Origin: Myxococcota bacterium
GTDB taxonomy: Bacteria > Myxococcota_A > SURF-8
Reading direction: 5' to 3'
Length of the DNA: 64,000 bases
Assembly (NCBI GenBank): GCA_965140415.1
Contig: OZ223209.1
Coordinates: 480,001 to 544,000, forward strand
Part shown: in pieces, positions 10,027 through 17,843 of the stretch
How positions within the stretch are numbered: the first letter of the stretch is position 1
Layout: each line of letters starts with the position of its first letter
Program-made: the position numbers and the translations under genes
Notes under the pieces: model-generated
Told to the model about the DNA's origin: nothing
The model's database searches: none
The model's input: only the letters and a program-made list of their open reading frames with translations

Positions 10027-11634
10027 TTAGAAAGCGTACATGAAGTACACGTGCGAACGATGGTTGACGGCAGAGTAGGTCTTGACGTTCAGAGCGGTCA
10101 GATCGTCTTCCACTACGCTGTCGGCGTATTTGTAATCGGTGGTCATGTACATGTACTGCACGCCAACGGAGAAACCGGAACCGAAGTAGAACTGGCTGTT
10201 CACGTAGATGTTCTGGTTCTTGTAGCGCGTGGCTTCCATCAGTTTGTAGTTGCTGCCATCAGGCAGGGTGTCTTCGTCCGGCTTGTCCATCTGGAAACCG
10301 ACGGTCAACGCCCAGACGTCCCACGGCTGAATCGTGGTTTCCGCCCAGAAGCCCAGACCCTTGACGGCTTCGGGTTTTTCGCCGGTGAGCGACTGCTTGT
10401 TGATGTCCTGGTAGATGCCACCCCAGATCGACTTCAGGTTTTCACCGTAGAAGAATTCACCGTTGATTGCCCACCAGTCCAACAGCGGAACAGACAGTTC
10501 GGCGCAGATGGAGTAACCGCGCATCAGCCAGTCGCGCTTGTTGTAGGCATTGGCGGTGCTGTCCCACAGGTGGCTGCGGACTTTGTAATGCTCCAAGTGA
10601 CCACCGACGCCGACTTTGAAGGGCTTGTTGGTCCACAGGGGGCTTTCGAAGCCGACGTGCCAGGAGAACTGCGGAATGCCGGAGTCTTCGCCGTCGTTTT
10701 TACCGTTGCCGATTTCGCTGCTGCTGATGACGCCGTCTTTGTTGGCGTCGATCATGTCATAGTCCGCACCGTCCACGGTACCCGGACGACCGATACCCAG
10801 ATCGACGTGGAACACGCTGCTTTCGCCGACCTTCGGCTTGAATTTCAACTGCAACTGCGGACGACGGCCACCGACGTTACCGATTGCCCAGCTTCCGCCG
10901 TTGTAATCGATGCGGGGGATCATCGGCGAGAAGAAGTCCCAGGCCTGACCGGCGACGATCTCCATGAAACCCCAGTCCAACGACAGATAGGCCAGGCGGA
11001 AGCGCGGCACCGCGGCCCAGTCTTTCTTGGTGACATCGCCACCGTAGAAATCGATTTCCAGTTTTCCACCCAGATCCGCGTTGAGCATTTCGATCTTGGT
11101 GCCCGCAAATTTCAAGCCCAAGCGAGTCAAACGCGGGTTGATCGTCAATTGGCCGCCGTTTTGCGGATCGACATCCTGCACGCCGATGTTCTTGCCGGTT
11201 TTGTCGAACATCTGACGGGTGAAGGTTTTGTTGGGGTTGATCCACAGCGCCCAGTTACCCAGGTTGCTGCGGCTGGTGTCGTAGTTGATGTCCAGGCGTA
11301 AGAAACCGTAGAACGTCAACTTGTTGCCCAGCGAGGAAAGCACGTTTTCATTTTTCTTTTTCGGGGCCTCTGCCTTGGGCGGCTCGATTTTGACTTCTTC
11401 GGCCTTCGCCGGAGCCGGTTCGACTTTCGCCGGGGCAGGTTCGGCTTTTACCGGAGCGGGTTCCGCTTTCGCCGGGGCCGGTTCTGTTTTTGCTGGAGCC
11501 GGAGCAGGTTCGACGGCGGCTTTTTCCGCAGCGGGTTGCGCGTCGGTTGTGGCCGGAGCTGCATCCTGCGCCATCACGGGCAGGCTGAGCATGAAGAAAA
11601 GAAGAACGACAATTGCACAGGTCATGTTCCGCAT
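10027..11634 (-). CDS. DcaP-like outer-membrane porin with Pro/Ala-rich N-terminal linker
   Basis: Signal peptide, LTFYGFLRLD, TRLGLK, PRFRLAY, AGQAWDFFSP, C-terminal YAF. Confidence 0.8.
   Translation of the reverse strand: MRNMTCAIVVLLFFMLSLPVMAQDAAPATTDAQPAAEKAAVEPAPAPAKTEPAPAKAEPAPVKAEPAPAKVEPAPAKAEEVKIEPPKAEAPKKKNENVLSSLGNKLTFYGFLRLDINYDTSRSNLGNWALWINPNKTFTRQMFDKTGKNIGVQDVDPQNGGQLTINPRLTRLGLKFAGTKIEMLNADLGGKLEIDFYGGDVTKKDWAAVPRFRLAYLSLDWGFMEIVAGQAWDFFSPMIPRIDYNGGSWAIGNVGGRRPQLQLKFKPKVGESSVFHVDLGIGRPGTVDGADYDMIDANKDGVISSSEIGNGKNDGEDSGIPQFSWHVGFESPLWTNKPFKVGVGGHLEHYKVRSHLWDSTANAYNKRDWLMRGYSICAELSVPLLDWWAINGEFFYGENLKSIWGGIYQDINKQSLTGEKPEAVKGLGFWAETTIQPWDVWALTVGFQMDKPDEDTLPDGSNYKLMEATRYKNQNIYVNSQFYFGSGFSVGVQYMYMTTDYKYADSVVEDDLTALNVKTYSAVNHRSHVYFMYAF
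11398..11511 (-). repeat. Coding tandem repeat (about 21 bp unit, EPAPAKx, about 5 copies)
   Basis: EPAPAPAKTEPAPAKAEPAPVKAEPAPAKVEPAPAKAE in the porin N-terminus. Confidence 0.8.
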
Positions 11635-11905
11635 AGTGGATTTCTCCCTTCGATTAAGTAAATCATTCTTGCTCTAGTGGTTGACTTGCTCTTTTGTACA
11701 TACGCGATTGCCACAGAGCGTTATCACATCCAGGGCAATGAGGCAACTGAAAATCCGACAATTTTCACAAAATACTAATCGGGGGGTATAGCCAGGATAG
11801 CTAAATAAACGGTATTGTTCCCAAATCTTTTCCCCGAATCGATTTATACACGCTGCGCCATTTTGCGAAATGGCCGGTAGTTAACTGAAATAGCTATAGA
11901 AATTC

Positions 11906-11935
11906 TTGACAAGCTGCGGCATTGTCGAGTAGATT
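11906..11935 (+). promoter_or_regulatory. Sigma70-like promoter
   Basis: TTGACA-18 nt-TAGATT upstream of the AsnC-domain gene. Confidence 0.4.
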
Positions 11936-12073
11936 ATACGTGCAGTTGTTACCAATGTGTCGAGTATGTGTCCAGCCGAACAAGAGCCCTGTCCCCGGGC
12001 AGGATCAAGCCAGGTATTCGGTATGGATTCGTGTTGTTGGGGCGCGACAATTAAGGGTTCAATGGAGGAAAAC

Positions 12074-12307
12074 ATGACGCGTGCGTACGTATTAATGGAA
12101 GTGGAACAGAGCAAAGTGCAAAAAGTACTGAATTCCTTGACCAAATTCGATTCGGTGAAAGAATTCGACGCCATTGTGGGGAACTTCGATGTGATTGCGA
12201 TTGTGGAAGGTTTGGATCAGAACGATGTCGGTATGATCTGCGCCAAAGAGCTGGCTAAACTGGAAGGCGTACGCCGCACCGTTACGTATACCGCCGTAAG
12301 TTTCTGA
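12074..12307 (+). CDS. Stand-alone Lrp/AsnC ligand-binding (RAM) domain protein
   Basis: RBS ggagg. MTRAYVLM..VGNFDVIAIVE..LEGVRRTVT, 77 aa with no HTH. Confidence 0.85.
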   Translation: MTRAYVLMEVEQSKVQKVLNSLTKFDSVKEFDAIVGNFDVIAIVEGLDQNDVGMICAKELAKLEGVRRTVTYTAVSF

Positions 12308-12439
12308 TTTCTCAGGTTAAAAACATATAGAGCAGGATAAGATCCTGACACATCGCTAACATGGCTTTGAAGGGAGAGGGGCATTGTTCCTCTTATGGGG
12401 TAAGGGAACTTCTTCGCTTATAGTTAGAGCAGATATTAC

Positions 12440-12533
12440 TCATTGCTGTCCATCGAGTGTGCCACGATCTTCGATCGCGTAAGACGATGGCACAACTTCT
12501 TGGAATCAGTGGCTGAATATGACGAATACCTAG
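12440..12533. mobile_element. MITE/REP-like dispersed repeat, short (internally deleted) copy
   Basis: Shares tcatt.ctgtccatcga, ccacgatcttcgatcgcgtaagac.atggcac, ttcttggaatc and atgac.aatacctag with 31352-31514. Confidence 0.6.
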
Positions 12534-12534
12534 T

Positions 12535-13032
12535 CTAAAGCAGGGCCATTGTTGCTGCCGCAATGATAAGACCCAGCGTGCCGCCGACGGAAATATCGTA
12601 TTTATCATGCCTTAGCAGCACCACCCGCGACCAGGCAATCAGCGCCGCAAAGGCCAGCACCGCCGCACCGATGAGCGGATTTCCCAGTTTCAATGCAATC
12701 AACAGCGCGAGATTGAACGAGCGCGCCGAATGAATCGAAGGCATCGAGCCGGAATCGACGTATTTGAAAAAGGCGATGGCGGTTACGGGGTTAAGTAGTT
12801 GATAATACTTTAATCCTTGGATAGGTCGAGGCGGACGGTACCCCTCCGGATTGTCCGGGCGGGGTTTGAAGCGAAAGGCTTTGTACGTGTTGGCGATAAT
12901 GGTAATCACCACAAAATCCGCCAGCATTGCCAGGCCGAAGCTTAGATCCTGGGTCATGGCCGCAATACAGACCACCAAACCGCCCGCTAACGTTCCCCAA
13001 AAACTCACTGCTTTCCAGAAAAATCGAATCAC
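12535..13032 (-). CDS. PAP2-family membrane phosphatase
   Basis: K......RP, SMPSIHS, SRVVLLRH...DI motifs. Hydrophobic helices. Confidence 0.85.
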   Translation of the reverse strand: MIRFFWKAVSFWGTLAGGLVVCIAAMTQDLSFGLAMLADFVVITIIANTYKAFRFKPRPDNPEGYRPPRPIQGLKYYQLLNPVTAIAFFKYVDSGSMPSIHSARSFNLALLIALKLGNPLIGAAVLAFAALIAWSRVVLLRHDKYDISVGGTLGLIIAAATMALL

Positions 13033-13046
13033 GTTGCTTTTCCTTA

Positions 13047-13961
13047 CTAAACCCGAGGTCGAAAGCCTTCACCGAGTACCTCATGTACTTGAGAAACCAC
13101 AATAAAGGCGTTTTTGTCAATGCGCCGAATGGCTTTTGTGAAATCCGCGATTTCTTTTCGCGTAACCACACAGAAAATCAGTTCCCGTTCTCGATTGGTA
13201 TACAGACCGCGTCCCTTCAATGCAGTGCCGCTGCGGTCCATGTTGTGCAAAATCATATAGGAAATTTCGTTTACCTTGTTGGTGATGATGAATACGCCGC
13301 GCGCGTAATCCATGCCTTCCACAATCATGTCGATCACGGCGGAGGAAATCCACAGGGATAACAGACCGTACATCGCGAGATCCGCGCTGCGGAAAACGAA
13401 ACCGGCCACACCGATAATGCTGCCGTTGATGATCATGATGGCGGTGCCGTGCGTGAAGTTGGTAAAGCGGGCCAGGATGCGCGCCACGGTGCCGCTGCCA
13501 CTGGTTGCGCCGCCCATTTTGATGATCAGTCCCAAGCCGATGCCCATCACCACGCCACCGAAAACCGGCGCCAGGATGGCGTCGTCGATTGTCATGCGCA
13601 AATGCAGCACTTCGTTGGTTATGTCGGTGAAGACGGAGATCATGATGGTGCCGTAGAGACTCTTGAAGCCAAAGCCGCTTCCCAGAAAACGAATTCCTAA
13701 AAGAAAGATCGGGATATTGAACGCCAGCATGACCATACCGGCGGGCCACTCGTACACATGATTTAGGATAACCACGATACCCGAAACGCCGCCCGGTGCG
13801 ATTTTATAGGGTAACATAAACAAGGTGATGGCCGCACCGAAAATCGCGGCACCGATTGTGATGATGATGTATTGCAGCGCCAGTTCACGCGGTGTGCCGT
13901 GAAACAGATTCTGCACGCTGTGACTTTGCCCCCGTCTACCGGCGGGCCTTTCTACGTTCAT
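13047..13961 (-). CDS. YitT family membrane protein
   Basis: IAPGGVSG, NIPIF, GGATSG, C-terminal DUF2179-like D..AF...V.EV.GEGF. Start overlaps the upstream stop (ATGA). Confidence 0.92.
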   Translation of the reverse strand: MNVERPAGRRGQSHSVQNLFHGTPRELALQYIIITIGAAIFGAAITLFMLPYKIAPGGVSGIVVILNHVYEWPAGMVMLAFNIPIFLLGIRFLGSGFGFKSLYGTIMISVFTDITNEVLHLRMTIDDAILAPVFGGVVMGIGLGLIIKMGGATSGSGTVARILARFTNFTHGTAIMIINGSIIGVAGFVFRSADLAMYGLLSLWISSAVIDMIVEGMDYARGVFIITNKVNEISYMILHNMDRSGTALKGRGLYTNRERELIFCVVTRKEIADFTKAIRRIDKNAFIVVSQVHEVLGEGFRPRV

Positions 13962-14827
13962 TCCTCTTTCCCCTTTGCCGGCCACCCCAGCCAGATCAAC
14001 ACAACCAGAAAGAACAGGGTCCAGGGCGCAGATACCAGAACGATGCGCCGCAATAATAAATCCTTAATCAACCGGCGTTCGTTTTCCGGCATGTTCAAGC
14101 ACACGGTGACAGCCCGCTGGCCGCTAAAGGTATTGAAGGCCACCAGCCGCTGCATTGGAGAATCCGATTTGATCTGTTCGGTGTCTGCACCCGTTTGCAC
14201 GCAGGACAAGTCCACCCCGCGCCGCATGGCGAGATTGTTAAAGTCGCGCCTGGAAATCGGGGTTTTAGTCAGCAGCCAGAGTTTGCCTTCGGCCATGGGA
14301 GCGGCCATGGCGACGAATAGCACCGGAGTGTCTTCCGATGCTTCGTGAGGTTTCGTGTTCTGTTGCACAGGAACCGCAACGAAGACCGAGGACGCGCTGC
14401 CCGCCTGCTTGGCGAGTTCCAGACTTTGCAGATCGCGTAACCCGATTTTCGCTTCATCCGGCGTCAAAGTGCGGCAGATGCCGTTGGCATCCAATACGAT
14501 CAGGTTGGGCAGGCCGACTTTCTGGGCCAGTCGATGAGCCAGGTCGACATGCTTTGCCAGCTCTTCGACCTGCACTTCCGTTTGCCTGGAAAGTTCCAAT
14601 AGTTCCGCCTCGGATTGCAGACGCTCCAAGGCTTTTCGATTCGCCTCGGCCAAGCGGGCGACATCCTCCGGATATTGTTTTACCACTTGTTGCAGGGAAG
14701 ACTGCGCCTCGCGCCGCAAGAGTTCTTCCGCCCCGTCGGGCAGCCACAGCAGCAGGATGACGGTCAATCCCACCAATGCGATTATGGCGGCCAGTGTCAG
14801 CCATGTCAGGCGAGTGCGCAGGGTCAC
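13958..14827 (-). CDS. Two-TM membrane protein with extracytoplasmic sensor-like domain
   Basis: MTLRTRL plus N-terminal TM, about 230-aa loop, C-terminal TM. Coupled to both neighbours. Confidence 0.7.
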   Translation of the reverse strand: MTLRTRLTWLTLAAIIALVGLTVILLLWLPDGAEELLRREAQSSLQQVVKQYPEDVARLAEANRKALERLQSEAELLELSRQTEVQVEELAKHVDLAHRLAQKVGLPNLIVLDANGICRTLTPDEAKIGLRDLQSLELAKQAGSASSVFVAVPVQQNTKPHEASEDTPVLFVAMAAPMAEGKLWLLTKTPISRRDFNNLAMRRGVDLSCVQTGADTEQIKSDSPMQRLVAFNTFSGQRAVTVCLNMPENERRLIKDLLLRRIVLVSAPWTLFFLVVLIWLGWPAKGKEE

Positions 14828-16263
14828 GGCTGTCTCCTATAAAGCGAGGCCAGATCCAACACGCCCCAGACATCAAAGGCAGTGGAACTCCATTTTCGAG
14901 ATTGCCAGAGCATTTGCGGCAGCAGGTGATACAGCACAACGTCTGCTTTGGCGCTGCGATCGTCCGGGAAGTGAAAGGCCGGGCGAATGCTGAGCGTGGC
15001 GGACCAGTCTTTGCCTGCGCGAGCCTGGGCAAGTTGCATAGCTGGCAAGGCGTTGACATGAATCTCGATTCCGGCCTCCGCCGCCTGCAAGGCCACACGC
15101 TGGGCCATGCGTTTCAATTCCGTTTGGTCTTCGCGCACCAACAGCACCAGCGGTTTCTTTCCGCTTTCTTCATAGAGCTTTTTCGCGCGTTTCAGATCCG
15201 GAGAAAAGCCGCTGCAACTCTGCCCCACCGTTTGTCGTATTTTCTGCGACAGGGCTTGCAGCGCCGGATTCTGCGCGATTACAGGTTGTTTGGATGGTGC
15301 CGACTTGCCGGCAAAGGGAGCCGTCCGGCGCGATTCGAACAGCGTTACAAGCGCCTTGCAATCCACCAGCGACCACCAGAAGTCTTGTGAAATCGCCGAT
15401 TTATCCGATGCTGACAGCAGTACTTCGGAGCCCATCGCACCCAGCGTGAGTTGATAGTCGGGGCGGCTTTTCACCCGCCCACCGAAACTGGCCTGCGCCG
15501 AAGCGCTTCGAAGCAGATTGCCTTCCCGTTTTTCATCGGAAGCGACGACGAAGGCGAGTCGATCCATGAAGGGGCGTCCGCTGTGGCAGTCATCAAACGC
15601 AATCAGAGCGGCGCTGTTCGCACTGAAATTGTTCAGACGGAAAGGACCGGTGCCGATTGGCTGCGCGATCAAGTTTTCCTGTTTCGCCTGTCTTTCCGGC
15701 AGGATGGCGGTCGCCGGATCGGAGAGCCAAAGGGGAAAATCCGTTTGTGCACGTGTCAGTCGAATGCGCAATTCCACCGGAGAGACGATCTCGATGCCGT
15801 CCAGTTGTGTCGTGTCTCCTTTGCGAAACGAGTCGCTTCCCGCAATGGCGTGCAGTTGTTGTGCGCTCATATGGCCAAGCGTGGGCGAGAGCAGGCGTTG
15901 CAGGCTGGCTTTGACATCCTCTGCCGTCAGGCGTTGCCCGTCGTGAAATAAAACGTCGGGTTTAAGCCAGAGGTGCAGGCAGCGCCCTTGATCTTCCATT
16001 TGATATCGAAGCACCAGCCGACCGTTGACCTGTTTGCCGTTCGTCGCGAATAGCGGTTCTGTAATCAGAGCCGCGACTTGACGTTCGCCGGGCGTTTCCA
16101 CTAGCGCCGGGTCCAGTGTGGCCAGTGGTTGTGCAAGAATTACGGTTAGTTGTCCACCCGTTGCCGGTGGCAGCGCGGCCTGGGAATGGCCCGACCACAC
16201 TGTCAGCAACAAGCCGCACAGCGCAAAGAATAGCGGCCATACTTGATTCGTTGTTTTTTGCAT
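14824..16263 (-). CDS. ABC-type substrate-binding protein, family 5
   Basis: TLDPA, FHDG..LTAEDVKASL, PIGTGPF. Signal peptide. Confidence 0.88.
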   Translation of the reverse strand: MQKTTNQVWPLFFALCGLLLTVWSGHSQAALPPATGGQLTVILAQPLATLDPALVETPGERQVAALITEPLFATNGKQVNGRLVLRYQMEDQGRCLHLWLKPDVLFHDGQRLTAEDVKASLQRLLSPTLGHMSAQQLHAIAGSDSFRKGDTTQLDGIEIVSPVELRIRLTRAQTDFPLWLSDPATAILPERQAKQENLIAQPIGTGPFRLNNFSANSAALIAFDDCHSGRPFMDRLAFVVASDEKREGNLLRSASAQASFGGRVKSRPDYQLTLGAMGSEVLLSASDKSAISQDFWWSLVDCKALVTLFESRRTAPFAGKSAPSKQPVIAQNPALQALSQKIRQTVGQSCSGFSPDLKRAKKLYEESGKKPLVLLVREDQTELKRMAQRVALQAAEAGIEIHVNALPAMQLAQARAGKDWSATLSIRPAFHFPDDRSAKADVVLYHLLPQMLWQSRKWSSTAFDVWGVLDLASLYRRQP

Positions 16264-16279
16264 CTTACCCGCCTCCCTG

Positions 16280-17701
16280 CTAACGCCTGTAGCGGTCGAT
16301 GTAGGTTTTATCGCTTCCCTGTACGTAACGCGCAGAAAAGATCAGATCTCCCGCCAAAGAGCGCTGACCGTCCAGCCCGACGATCTCTCCTGGCTGTTTC
16401 TCCTGCTCGCTCTCTTCCTCCGCGCCATCGGCTGTCAACCGCCAGATGATCACGCGATCCCGCGCGGGTTGCACTTCCGCCAACGAGCAGGCCAGTAAAG
16501 GCGAAGGAGAGCCGTCTAACAGCGCCGGATGCTGCCCGCATTGCAGGGCCGCCGAACCGAGCGGAATTCCATGCGCCGTTACGTTTCCGCGTTCGCCTAC
16601 TAGCAGATAATTGCCGTTTGGAAGAAATGCCGCACTGACAAAAGGAGCCGCAACGGTTCGCCCGTGCATGACACCTTCACCGATTTTACTGATATTGATT
16701 TCCGGTGAAAAACGCGCCTGACCGGCTTCGTACTGCCCAAGCGCTGCGCCGCTTTTCGTGCAACCGAGCGGAACGCCAAGAAATTCACCGCGATGGACGA
16801 GTTTTCGCCCGTTCCACTGAAAGATTTGACCGCTGGCCATGTTGTTTCTGCTCAGATAAATCTGGGGCCGGGCTTCACCTTCCATGCGACAGGCCGCCAT
16901 GGAGCCGGTGACATAGCGGGCGCTACGCAGCCGCAAGTCCAGCGAGTCGAGGGCAAAGGCATGGCGGAAAACGAAGTGATTTTCCTCCTGTAGCCAGATT
17001 TCCACACGATCTTCAAATAACAGCGCCACATCCGCCTGACGGTCGTTGTCCAGATCGGTAACGGTTAAATCCAGTGCACGTCCCGAACTGGTGGCGACGG
17101 TGTCCATGCGCCAGGCAATGTGTGACGGCTGAATCTCATCCGCCGATTGCGCCAGAATCGACCACTGCGCCGATTCTTTTACTTCGATTCGGGTGCGTTC
17201 TTCGGGGAAGAGGGGCGGATCTTGCAGCATGGCCGCCCAACTGCGTCCTTCCAGCCAGATGCTTCTGGCGCGCAATAAAAGCCGTCCACCGGTGACGGTT
17301 GCGGAGACATCCAGCACACAGGCAATGCCCAGCCTATCCAGCCGGTCGAGAGTTTCTTCGTTTAAAGAGAGAATGGGAAAGGGGACATCGGCGGGGGTCA
17401 TGACCTGCTTGAAGCGTCCCGATTGCACCAGCGCCCGGCGACCGTCCCGTTGTAACAGCGCCGCCAAAGGCGATTGCGCTACGCCGGTGACATCCGCATA
17501 GAAGAGCAAACGATCCTGCGGGGCCAAAAAAGGCCGGTCGGATCGATCCAACTCGGTTCCCAATTTGGTAAATGCTTCCACTAAAGATGCGGCGGGAGCA
17601 TCGCTCTCCGTTTGAGCCATAGCCGGAAGACTGACAAAAAACAGTGTCACTATTGCCAGCCAAGTAAAAAGATGGATGTCGTTCGTTTTCCACATCGTCA
17701 T
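16280..17701 (-). CDS. Secreted protein with FG-GAP/VCBS-like motif
   Basis: Signal peptide (..AMA-Q), LTVTDLDNDRQADVAL. First gene of a coupled operon. Confidence 0.7.
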   Translation of the reverse strand: MTMWKTNDIHLFTWLAIVTLFFVSLPAMAQTESDAPAASLVEAFTKLGTELDRSDRPFLAPQDRLLFYADVTGVAQSPLAALLQRDGRRALVQSGRFKQVMTPADVPFPILSLNEETLDRLDRLGIACVLDVSATVTGGRLLLRARSIWLEGRSWAAMLQDPPLFPEERTRIEVKESAQWSILAQSADEIQPSHIAWRMDTVATSSGRALDLTVTDLDNDRQADVALLFEDRVEIWLQEENHFVFRHAFALDSLDLRLRSARYVTGSMAACRMEGEARPQIYLSRNNMASGQIFQWNGRKLVHRGEFLGVPLGCTKSGAALGQYEAGQARFSPEINISKIGEGVMHGRTVAAPFVSAAFLPNGNYLLVGERGNVTAHGIPLGSAALQCGQHPALLDGSPSPLLACSLAEVQPARDRVIIWRLTADGAEEESEQEKQPGEIVGLDGQRSLAGDLIFSARYVQGSDKTYIDRYRR

Positions 17702-17843
17702 GGTGGTTCACCCTTTTCGATCCGGTCCCTCATCGCATGATTTGCTGCCGCCGACCGGAAGCCGAACACGTTCTAGTATCATTTATCTATAGATGCAAGT
17801 CTCTTTTCGCAATTTGTATGACACCACGGAAGTGAGCCCTCTT

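Noticed and set aside
10021-11301. 426-aa plus-strand ORF
   Set aside because: Antisense shadow of the DcaP-like porin.
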